A stretch of DNA of 64,000 nt, from NCBI GenBank assembly GCA_043228905.1, contig JBHGNT010000039.1, positions 1-64,000 on the forward strand, in the 5' to 3' direction. Below the pieces are notes generated by a model. It had not been told where the DNA came from, ran no database searches, and saw nothing but the letters and a program-made list of their open reading frames with translations. Numbering within the stretch: the first letter of the stretch is position 1; the number at the start of each line of letters is the position of its first letter. Source of the DNA: Azolla caroliniana. Lineage: Eukaryota; Plantae; Polypodiophyta. The translations under genes and the position numbers were made by a program. Below, one piece after another: positions 12,421 through 24,900 of the stretch.

Positions 12421-15400
12421 TTGATTTTTTAATTCCATATCATAGCTAGCGTTGTTAGCTTCGATTCGCATGTTTGTACACAGAAATCCGATATCACACT
12501 CGCTAGGTATGAACATTTTAATTTACTCAAGGGCTCCTCTCAACTCACTCCTCAAACTTGCTAATTTCTTCATGTCTCTCGACCTGAGTTTCAAAATCTT
12601 GATTTTTTAATTCCATATCATAGCTAGCGTTGTTAGCTTCGATTCGCATGTTTGAACACAAAAATCCGATATCACACGAGCTAGGTATGAACATTTTAAT
12701 TTACTCAAGGGCTCCTCTCAACTCCCTCCTCAAATTTTGTAATTTCGTCATGTCTCTCGACCTGGGTTTCAAAATCTTGATTTTTTAATTCCATATCATA
12801 GCTAGCGTTGTTAGCTTCGATTCGCATGTTTGAACACAAAAATCCGATATCACACGAGCTAGGTATGAACATTTTAATTTACTCAAGGGCTCCTCTCAAC
12901 TCCCTCCTCAAATTTTGTAATTTCGTCATGTCTCTCGACCTGGGTTTCAAAATCTTGATTTTTTAATTCCATATCATAGCTAGCGTTGTTAGCTTCGATT
13001 CGCATGTTTGAACACAAAAATCCGATATCACACGAGCTAGGTATGAACATTTTAATTTACTCAAGGGCTCCTCTCAACTCCCTCCTCAAATTTTGTAATT
13101 TCGTGATGTCTCTCGACCTGGGTTTCAAAATCTTGATTTTTTAATTCCATATCATAGCTAGCGTTGTTAGCTTCGATTCGCATGTTTGAACACAAAAATC
13201 CAATATCACACGAGCCAGGTATGAACATTTTAATTTACTCAAGGGCTCCTCTCAACTCACTCCTCAAATTTGCTAATTTCGTCATGTCTCTCGACCTGGG
13301 TTTCAAAATCTTGATTTTTTAATTCCATATCATAGCTAGCGTTGTTAGCTTCGATTCGCATCTTTGAACACAAAAATCCGATATCACACGAGCCAGGTAT
13401 GAACATTTTAATTTACTCAAGGGCTCCTCTCAACTCCCTCCTCAAATTTGGTAATTTTGTCATGTCTCTTGACCTGAGTTTCAAAATCTTGATTTTTTAA
13501 TTCCATATCATAGCTAGCGTTGTTAGCTTCGATTCGCATGTTTGTACACAAATATCCGATATCACACGAGCTAGGTATGAACATTTTAATTTACTCAAGG
13601 GCTCCTCTCAACTCACTCCTCAAATTTGCTAATTTCGTCATGTCTCTCGACGTTAGTTTCAAAATCTTGATTTTTTAATTCCATATCATAGCTAGCGTTG
13701 TTAGCTTCGATTCGCATGTTTGAACACAAAAATCCGATATCACACGAGCCAGGTATGAACATTTTAATTTACTCAAGGGCTCCTCTCAACTCACTCCTCA
13801 AATTTGCTAATTTCGTCATGTCTCTCGACCTTCGTTTCAAAATCTTGATTTTTTAATTCCATATCATAGCTAGCGTTGTTAGCTTCGATTCGCATGTTTG
13901 AACACAAAAATCCGATATCACACGAGCTAGGTATGAACATTTTAATTTACTCAAGGGCTCCTCTCAACTCCCTCCTCAAATTTTGTAATTTCGTCATGTC
14001 TCTCGACCTGGGTTTCAAAATCTTCATTTTTTAATTCCATATCATAGCTAGCGTTGTTAGCTTCGATTCGCATGTTTGAATACAAAAATCCGATATCACA
14101 CGAGCTAGGTATGAACATTTTAATTTACTCAAGGGCTCCTCTCAACTCACTCCTCAAATTTGCTAATTTCGTCATGTCTCTCGACCTGGGTTTCAAAATC
14201 TTGATTTTTTAATTCCATATCATAGCTAGCGTTGTTAGCTTCGATTCGCATGTTTGAACACAAAAATCCGATATCACACGAGCTAGGTATGAACATTTTA
14301 ATTTACTCAAGGGCTCCTCTCAACTCCCTCCTCAAATTTTGTAATTTCGTCATGTCTCTCGACCTGGGTTTCAAAATCTTGATTTTTTAAATCCATATCA
14401 TAGCTAGCGTTGTTAGCTTTGATTCGCATGTTTGAACACAAAAATCCGATATCACACGAGCCAGGTATGAACATTTTAATTTACTCAAGGGCTCCTCTCA
14501 ACTCCCTCCTCAAATTTGGTAATTTCGTCATGTCTCTTGACCTGAGTTTCAAAATCTTGATTTTTTAATTCCATATCATAGCTAGCGTTGTTAGCTTCGA
14601 TTCGCATGTTTGTACACAAATATCCGATATCACACGAGCTAGGTATGAACATTTTAATTTACTCAAGGGCTCCTCTCAACTCACTCCTCAAATTTGCTAA
14701 TTTCGTCATGTCTCTCGACGTTAGTTTCAAAATCTTGATTTTTTAATTCCATATCATAGCTAGCATTGTTAGCTTCGATTCGCATGTTTGAACACAAAAA
14801 TCCAATATCACACGAGCCAGGTATGAACATTTTAATTTACTCAAGGGCTCCTCTCAACTCACTCCTCAAATTTGCTAATTTCGTCATGTCTCTCGACCTT
14901 AATTTCAAAATCTTGATTTTTTAATTCCATATCATAGCTAGCGTTGTTAGCTTCGATTCGCATGTTTGAACACAAAAATCCGATATCACACGAGCCAGGT
15001 ATGAACATTTTAATTTACTCAAGGGCTCCTCTCAACTCCCTCCTCAAATTTGGTAATTTCGTCATGTCTCTTGACCTGAGTTTCAAAATCTTGATTTTTT
15101 AATTCCATATCATAGCTAGCGTGGTTAGCTTCGATTCGCATGTTTGTACACAAATATCCGATATCACACGAGCTAGGTATGAACATTTTAATTTACTCAA
15201 GGGCTCCTCTCAACTCCCTCCTCAAATTTTGTAATTTCGTCATGTCTCTCGACCTGGGTTTCAAAATCTTGATTTTTTAATTCCATATCATAGCTAGCGT
15301 TGTTAGCTTCGATTCGCATGTTTGAACACAAAAATCCGATATCACACGAGCTAGGTATGAACATTTTAATTTACTCAAGGGCTCCTCTCAACTCCCTCCT

Positions 15401-16581
15401 CAAATTTTGTAATTTCGTCATGTCTCTCGACCTGGGTTTCAAAATCTTGATTTTTTAATTCCATATCATAGCTAGCGTTGTTAGCTTCGATTCGCATGTT
15501 TGTACACAAATATCCGATATCACACGAGCTAGGTATGAACATTTTAATTTACTCAAGGGCTCCTCTCAACTCACTCCTCAAATTTGCTAATTTCGTCATG
15601 TCTCTCGACGTTAGTTTCAAAATCTTGATTTTTTAATTCCATATCATAGCTAGCGTTGTTAGCTTCGATTCGCATGTTTGAACACAAAAATCCAATATCA
15701 CACGAGCCAGGTATGAACATTTTAATTTACTCAAGGGCTCCTCTCAACTCACTCCTCAAATTTGCTAATTTCGTCATGTCTCTCGACCTGGGTTTCAAAA
15801 TCTTGATTTTTTAATTCCATATCATAGCTAGCGTTGTTAGCTTCGATTCGCATGTTTGAACACAAAAATCCGATATCACACGAGCTAGGTATGAACATTT
15901 TAATTTACTCAAGGGCTCCTCTCAACTCCCTCCTCAAATTTTGTAATTTCGTCATGTCTCTCGACCTGGGTTTCAAAATCTTGATTTTTTAAATCCATAT
16001 CATAGCTAGCGTTGTTAGCTTTGATTCGCATGTTTGAACACAAAAATCCGATATCACACGAGCCAGGTATGAACATTTTAATTTACTCAAGGGCTCCTCT
16101 CAACTCCCTTCTCAAATTTGGTAATTTCGTCATGTCTCTCGACCTTAGTTTCAAAATCTTGATTTTTTAATTCCATATCATAGCTAGCGTTGTTAGCTTC
16201 GATTCACATGTTTGAACACAAAAATCCGATATCACACGAGCCAGGTATGAACAGTGTAATTTACTCAAGGGCTCTTCTCAACTCACTCCTCAAATTTGCT
16301 AATTTCGTCATGTCTCTCGACGTTAGTTTCAAAATCTTGATTTTTTAATTCCATATCATAGCTAGCGTTGTTAGCTTCGATTCGCATGTTTGAACACAAA
16401 AATCCGATATCACACGAGCCAGGTATGAACATTTTAATTTACTCAAGGGCTCCTCTCAACTCACTCCTCAAATTTGCTAATTTCGTCATGTCTCTCGACC
16501 TTAGTTTCAAAATCTTGATTTTTTAATTCCATATCATAGCTAGCGTTGTTAGCTTCGATTCGCATGTTTGAACACAAAAAT

Positions 16582-18000
16582 CCGATATCACACGAGCTAG
16601 GTATGAACATTTTTATTTACTCAAGGGCTCCTCTCAACTCCCTCGTCAAGGTTGCTAATTTCGTCATGTCTCTCGACCTTAGTTTCAAAATCTTGATTTT
16701 TTTAATTCCATATCATAGCTAGCGTTGTTAGCTTCGATTCGCATGTTTGAACACAAAAATCCGATATCACACGAGCCAGGTATGAACATTTTAATTTACT
16801 CAAGGGCTCCTCTCAACTCCCTCCTCAAATTTGCTAATTTCGTCATGTCTCTCGACCTTAGTTTCAAAATCTTGATTTTTTAATTCCATATCATAGCTAG
16901 CGTTGTTAGCTTCGATTCGTATGTTTGACACAAAAACCCGATATCACACGAGCCAGGTATGAACAGTGTAATTTACTCAAGGGCTCTTCTCAACTCACTC
17001 CTCAAATTTGGTAATTTCGTCATGTCTCTCGACCTTAGTTTCAAAATCTTGATTTTTTAATTCCATATCATAGCTAACGTTGTTAGCTTCGATTCGCATG
17101 TTTGAACACAAAAATCCGATATCACACGAGCTAGGTATGAACATTTTAATTTACTCAAGGGCTCCTCTCAACTCCCTCCTCAAATTTTGTAATTTCGTCA
17201 TGTCTCTCGACCTGGGTTTCAAAATCTTGATTTTTTAATTCCATATCATAGCTAGCGTTGTTAGCTTCGATTCGCATGTTTGAACACAAAAATCCGATAT
17301 CACACGAGCTAGGTATGAACATTTTTATTTACTCAAGGGCTCCTCTCAACTCCCTCGTCAAGGTTGCTAATTTCGTCATGTCTCTCGACCTTAGTTTCAA
17401 AATCTTGATTTTTTCAATTCCATATCATAGCTAGCGTTGTTAGCTTCGATTCGCATGTTTGAACACAAAAATCCGATATCACACGTGCTAGGTATAACCA
17501 ATTTAATTTACTCAAGGGCTCCTCTCAACTCCCTCCTCAAATTTGCTAATTTCGTCATGTCTCTCGACCTTAGTTTCAAAATCTTGATTTTTTAATTCCA
17601 TATCATAGCTAGCGTTGTTAGCTTCGATTCGCATGTTTGACACAAAAATCCGATATCACACGAGCCAGGTATGAACAGTGTAATTTACTCAAGGGCTCTT
17701 CTCAACTCACTCCTCAAATTTGGTAATTTCGTCATGTCTCTCGACCTTAGTTTCAAAATCTTGATTTTTTAATTCCATATCATAGCTAGCGTTGTTAGCT
17801 TCGATTCGCATGTTTGAACACAAAAATCCGATATCACACGAGCTAGGTATGAACATTTTAATTTACTCAAGGGCTCCTCTGAACTCCCTCCTCAAATTTT
17901 GTAATTTCGTCATGTCTCTCGACCTGGGTTTCAAAATCTTGATTTTTTAATTCCATATCATAGCTAGCGTTGTTAGCTTCGATTCGCATGTTTGTACACA
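16582..18000. repeat. 4-mer higher-order repeat (712 bp), 2 diverged copies
   Basis: A shared 1-bp deletion tttgAca at 16927 and 17639 is followed in both copies by an aacagtgt monomer and then a ttttgt monomer. Confidence 0.7.
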
Positions 18001-18542
18001 AATATCCGATATCACACGAGCTAGGTATGAACATTTTCATTTACTCAAGGGCTCCTCTCAACTCACTCCTCAAATTTGCTAATTTCGTCATGTCTCTCGA
18101 CGTTAGTTTCAAAATCTTGATTTTTTAATTCCATATCATAGCTAGCGTTGTTAGCTTCGATTCGCATGTTTGAACACAAAAATCCGATATCACACGAGCC
18201 AGGTATGAACATTTTAATTTACTCAAGGGCTCTTCTCAACTCACTCCTCAAATTTGCTAATTTCGTCATGTCTCTCGACCTTAGTTTCAAAATCTTGATT
18301 TTTTAATTCTATATCATAGCTAGCGTTGTTAGCTTCGATTCGCATGTTTGAACACAAAAATCCGATATCACACGAGTTAGGTATCAACATTTTTATTTAC
18401 TCAAGGGTTCCTCTCAACTCCCTCGTCAAGGTTGCTAATTTCGTCATATCTCTCGACCTGTGTTTCAAAATCTTGATTTTTTAAATCCATATCATAGCTA
18501 GCGTTGTTGGCTTCGATTCGCATGTTTGAACACAAAAATCCG

Positions 18543-21500
18543 ATATCACACGAGCCAGGTATGAACATTGTAATTTACCTACTAGCTCTTCTCAACTCCC
18601 TCCTCAAATATGCTAATTTCGTCATGTCTCTCGACCTGAGTTTCAAAATCTTGATTTTTTAATTCCATATCATAGCTAGCGTTGTTAGCTTCGATTCGCA
18701 TGTTTGTACACAAAAATCCGATATCACACGAGCTAGGTATGAACATTTTTATTTACTCAAGGGTTCCTCTCAACTCCCTCGTCAAGGTTGCTAATTTCGT
18801 CATATCTCTCGACCTGGGTTTCAAAATCTTGATTTTTTCAATCCATATCATAGCTAGCGTTGTTGGCTTCGATTCGCATGTTTGAACACAAAAATCCGAT
18901 ATCACACGAGCCAGGTATGAACATTGTAATTTACCTACTAGCTCTTCTCAACTCCCTCCTCAAATCTTGATTTTTTAATTCCATATCATAGCTAGCGTTG
19001 TTAGCTTCGATTCGCATGTTTGAACACAAAAATCCGATATCACACGAGCTAGGTATGAACATTTTTATTTACTCAAGGGTTCCTCTCAACTCCCTCGTCA
19101 AGGTTGCTAATTTCGTCATACCTCTCGACCTGAGTTTTAAAATCTTGATTTTTTCAATCCATATCATAGCTAGCGTTGTTGGCTTCGATTCGCATGTTTG
19201 AACACAAAAATCCGATATCACACGAGCCAGGTATGAACATTGTAATTTACCTACTAGCTCTTCTCAACTCCCTCCTCAAATTTGGTAATTTCGTCATGTC
19301 TCTCGACCTGAGTTTCAAAATCTTGATTTTTTAATTCCATATCATAGCTAGCGTTGTTAGCTTCGATTCGCATGTTTGAACACAAAAATCCGATATCACA
19401 CGAGCTAGGTATGAACATTTTTATTTACTCAAGGGTTCCTCTCAACTCCCTCGTCAAGGTTGCTAATTTCGTCATACCTCTCGACCTGAGTTTCAAAATC
19501 TTGATTTTTTAAATCCATGTCATAGCTAGCGTTGTTAGCTTCGATTCGCATGTTTGAACACAAAAATCCGATATCACACGAGCCAGGTATGAACATTTTA
19601 ATTTACTCAAGGGCTCCTCTCAACTCCCTCCTCAAATTTGGTAATTTCGTCATGTCTCTTGACCTGAGTTTCAAAATCTTGATTTTTTAATTCCATATCA
19701 TAGCTAGCGTTGTTAGCTTCGATTCGCATGTTTGTACACAAATATCCGATATCACACGAGCTAGGTATGAACATTTTAATTTACTCAAGGGCTCCTCTCA
19801 ACTCCCTCCTCAAATTTTGTAATTTCGTCATGTCTCTCGACCTGGGTTTCAAAATCTTGATTTTTTAAATCCATATCATAGCTAGCGTTGTTAGCTTTGA
19901 TTCGCATGTTTGAACACAAAAATCCGATATCACACGAGCCAGGTATGAACATTTTAATTTACTCAAGGGCTCCTCTCAACTCCCTCCTCAAATTTGGTAA
20001 TTTCGTCATGTCTCTTGACCTGAGTTTCAAAATCTTGATTTTTTAATTCCATATCATAGCTAGCGTTGTTAGCTTCGATTCGCATGTTTGTACACAAATA
20101 TCCGATATCACACGAGCTAGGTATGAACATTTTAATTTACTCAAGGGCTCCTCTCAACTCACTCCTCAAATTTGCTAATTTCGTCATGTCTCTCGACGTT
20201 AGTTTCAAAATCTTGATTTTTTAATTCCATATCACACGAGCCAGGTATGAACATTGTAATTTACCTACTAGCTCTTCTCAACTCCCTCCTCAAATATGCT
20301 AATTTCGTCATGTCTCTCGACCTGAGTTTCAAAATCTTGATTTTTTAATTCCATATCATAGCTAGCGTTGTTAGCTTCGATTCGCATGTTTGAACACAAA
20401 AATCCGATATCACACGAGCTAGGTATGAACATTTTTATTTACTCAAGGGTTCCTCTCAACTCCCTCGTCAAGGTTGCTAATTTCGTCATATCTCTCGACC
20501 TGGGTTTCAAAATCTTGATTTTTTCAATCCATATCATAGCTAGCGTTGTTGGCTTCGATTCGCATGTTTGAACACAAAAATCCGATATCACACGAGCCAG
20601 GTATGAACATTGTAATTTACCTACTAGCTCTTCTCAACTCCCTCCTCAAATCTTGATTTTTTAATTCCATATCATAGCTAGCGTTGTTAGCTTCGATTCG
20701 CATGTTTGAACACAAAAATCCGATATCACACGAGCTAGGTATGAACATTTTTATTTACTCAAGGGTTCCTCTCAACTCCCTCGTCAAGGTTGCTAATTTC
20801 GTCATACCTCTCGACCTGAGTTTCAAAATCTTGATTTTTTCAATCCATATCATAGCTAGCGTTGTTGGCTTCCATTCGCATGTTTGAACACAAAAATCCG
20901 ATATCACACGAGCCAGGTATGAACATTGTAATTTACCTACTAGCTCTTCTCAACTCCCTCCTCAAATTTGGTAATTTCGTCATGTCTCTCGACCTGAGTT
21001 TCAAAATCTTGATTTTTTAATTCCATATCATAGCTAGCGTTGTTAGCTTCGATTCGCATGTTTGAACACAAAAATCCGATATCACACGAGCTAGGTATGA
21101 ACATTTTTATTTACTCAAGGGTTCCTCTCAACTCCCTCGTCAAGGTTGCTAATTTCGTCATACCTCTCGACCTGAGTTTCAAAATCTTGATTTTTTAAAT
21201 CCATGTCATAGCTAGCGTTGTTAGCTTCGATTCGCATGTTTGAACACAAAAATCCGATATCACACGAGCCAGGTATGAACATTTTAATTTACTCAAGGGC
21301 TCCTCTCAACTCCCTCCTCAAATTTGGTAATTTCGTCATGTCTCTTGACCTGAGTTTCAAAATCTTGATTTTTTAATTCCATATCATAGCTAGCGTTGTT
21401 AGCTTCGATTCGCATGTTTGTACACAAATATCCGATATCACACGAGCTAGGTATGAACATTTTAATTTACTCAAGGGCTCCTCTCAACTCCCTCCTCAAA

Positions 21501-21920
21501 TTTTGTAATTTCGTCATGTCTCTCGACCTGGGTTTCAAAATCTTGATTTTTTAAATCCATATCATAGCTAGCGTTGTTAGCTTTGATTCGCATGTTTGAA
21601 CACAAAAATCCGATATCACACGAGCCAGGTATGAACATTTTAATTTACTCAAGGGCTCCTCTCAACTCCCTCCTCAAATTTGGTAATTTCGTCATGTCTC
21701 TTGACCTGAGTTTCAAAATCTTGATTTTTTAATTCCATATCATAGCTAGCGTTGTTAGCTTCGATTCGCATGTTTGTACACAAATATCCGATATCACACG
21801 AGCCAGGTATGAACATTTTAATTTACTCAAGGGCTCCTCTCAACTCACTCCTCAAATTTGCTAATTTCGTCATGTCTCTCGACGTTAGTTTCAAAATCTT
21901 GATTTTTTAATTCCATATCA
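18543..21920. repeat. 1686-bp tandem duplication (10 monomers, two of them shortened)
   Basis: The 40-bp deletion (18965/20651), aaatAtgct and ccatGtcat recur at offset 1686 = 1780-40-54. The junction is at ATATCA 20229-20234. Confidence 0.92.
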
Positions 21921-24900
21921 TAGCTAGCGTTGTTAGCTTCGATTCGCATGTTTGAACACAAAAATCCGATATAACACGAGCTAGGTATGAACATTTTAAT
22001 TTACTCAAGGGCTCCTCTCAACTCCCTCCTCAAATTTTGTAATTTCGTCATGTCTCTCGACCTGGGTTTCAAAATCTTGATTTTTTAAATCTATATCATA
22101 GCTAGCGTTGTTAGCTTTGATTCGCATGTTTGAACACAAAAATCCGATATCACACGAGCCAGGTATGAACATTTTAATTTACTCAAGGGCTCCTCTCAAC
22201 TCCCTCCTCAAATTTTGTAATTTCGTCATGTCTCTCGACCTGGGTTTCAAAATCTTGATTTTTTAATTCCATATCATAGCTAGCGTTGTTAGCTTCGATT
22301 CGCATGTTTGAACACAAAAATCTGATATCACACTCGCTAGGTATAACCATTTTAATTTACTCAAGGGCTCCTCTCAACTCACTCCTCAAATTTGGTAATT
22401 TCGTCATGTCTCTCGACCTTAGTTTCAAAATCTTGATTTTTTAATTCCATATCATAGCTAGCGTTGTTAGCTTCGATTCGCATGTTTGAACACAAAAATC
22501 TGATATCACACTCGCTAGGTATAACCATTTTAATTTACTCAAGGGCTCCTCTCAACTCACTCCTCAAATTTGGTAATTTCGTCATGTCTCTCGACCTTAG
22601 TTTCAAAATCTTGATTTTTTAATTCTATATCATAGCTAGCGTTGTTAGCTTCGATTAGCATGTTTGAACACAAAAATCCGATATCACACGAGCTAGGTAT
22701 GAACATTTTTATTTACTCAAGGGCTCCTCTCAACTCGCTCGTCAAGGTTGCTAATTTCGTCATGTCTCTCGACCTTAGTTTCAAAATCTTGATTTTTTTA
22801 ATTCCATATCATAGCTAGCGTTGTTAGCTTCGATTCGCATGTTTGAACACAAAAATCCGATATCACACGAGCTAGGTATGAACATTTTTATTTACTCAAG
22901 GGCTCCTCTCAACTCCCTCCTCAAATTTGGTAATTTCGTCATGTCTCTTGACCTGGGTTTCAAAATCTTGATTTTTTAATTCCATATCATAGCTAGCGTT
23001 GTTAGCTTCGATTCGCATGTTTGAACACAAAAATCTGATATCACACTCGCTAGGTATAACCATTTTAATTTACTCAAGGGCTCCTCTCAACTCACTCCTC
23101 AAATTTGGTAATTTCGTCATGTCTCTCGACCTTAGTTTCAAAATCTTGATTTTTTAATTCCATATCATAGCTAGCGTTGTTGGCTTCGATTCGCATGTTT
23201 GAACACAAAAATCCGATATCACACGAGCTAGGTATGAACATTTTTATTTACTCAAGGGCTCCTCTCAACTCCCTCGTCAAGGTTGCTAATTTCGTCATGT
23301 CTCTCGACCTGAGTTACAAAATCTTGATTTCTTAATTCCATATCATAGCTAACGTTGTTAGCTTCGATTCGCATGTTTGAACACAGAAATCCGATATCAC
23401 ACGAGCCAGGTATGAACATTTTAATTTACTCAAGGGCTCCTCTCAACTCCCTCCTCAAATTTTGTAATTTCGTCATGTCTCTCGACCTGGGTTTCAAAAT
23501 CTTGATTTTTTAATTCCATATCATAGCTAGCGTTGTTAGCTTTGATTCGCATGTTTGAACACAAAAATCCGATATCACACGAGCCAGGTATGAACATTTT
23601 AATTTACTCAAGGGCTCCTCTCAACTCCCTCCTCAAATTTGGTAATTTCGTCATGTCTCTTGACCTGAGTTTCAAAATCTTGATTTTTTAATTCCATATC
23701 ATAGCTAGCGTTGTTAGCTTCGATTCGCATGTTTGTACACAAATATCCGATATCACACGAGCTAGGTATGAACATTTTAATTTACTCAAGGGCTCCTCTC
23801 AACTCCCTCCTCAAATTTGGTAATTTCGTCATGTCTCTTGACCTGAGTTTCAAAATCTTGATTTTTTAATTCCATATCATAGCTAGCGTTGTTAGCTTCG
23901 ATTCGCATGTTTGTACACAAATATCCGATATCACACGAGCTAGGTATGAACATTTTAATTTACTCAAGGGCTCCTCTCAACTCACTCCTCAAATTTGCTA
24001 ATTTCGTCATGTCTCTCGACGTTAGTTTCAAAATCTTGATTTTTTAATTCCATATCATAGCTAGCGTTGTTAGCTTCGATTCGCATGTTTGAACACAAAA
24101 ATCCGATATCACACGAGCCAGGTATGAACATTTTAATTTACTCAAGGGCTCTTCTCAACTCACTCCTCAAATTTGCTAATTTCGTCATGTCTCTCGACCT
24201 TAGTTTCAAAATCTTGATTTTTTAATTCTATATCATAGCTAGCGTTGTTAGCTTCAATTCGCATGTTTGAACACAAAAATCCGATATCACACGAGTTAGG
24301 TATCAACATTTTTATTTACTCAAGGGTTCCTCTCAACTCCCTCGTCAAGGTTGCTAATTTCGTCATATCTCTCGACCTGAGTTTCAAAATCTTGATTTTT
24401 TAAATCCATATCATAGCTAGCGTTGTTGGCTTCGATTCGCATGTTTGAACACAAAAATCCGATATCACACGAGCTAGGTATGAACATTTTTATTTACTCA
24501 AGGGCTCCTCTCAACTCGCTCGTCAAGGTTGCTAATTTCGTCATGTCTCTCGACCTTAGTTTCAAAATCTTGATTTTTTAATTCTATATCATAGCTAGCG
24601 TTGTTAGCTTCGATTCGCATGTTTGAACACAGAAATCCGATATCACACGAGTTAGGTATCAACATTTTTATTTACTCAAGGGTTCCTCTCAACTCCCTCG
24701 TCAAGGTTGCTAATTTCGTCATATCTCTCGACCTGGGTTTCAAAATCTTGATTTTTTAATTCCATATCATAGCTAGCGTTGTTAGCTTCGATTCGCATGT
24801 TTGAACACAAAAATCCGATATCACACGAGCTAGGTATGAACATTTTAATTTACTCAAGGGCTCCTCTCAACTCCCTCCTCAAATTTTGTAATTTCGTCAT

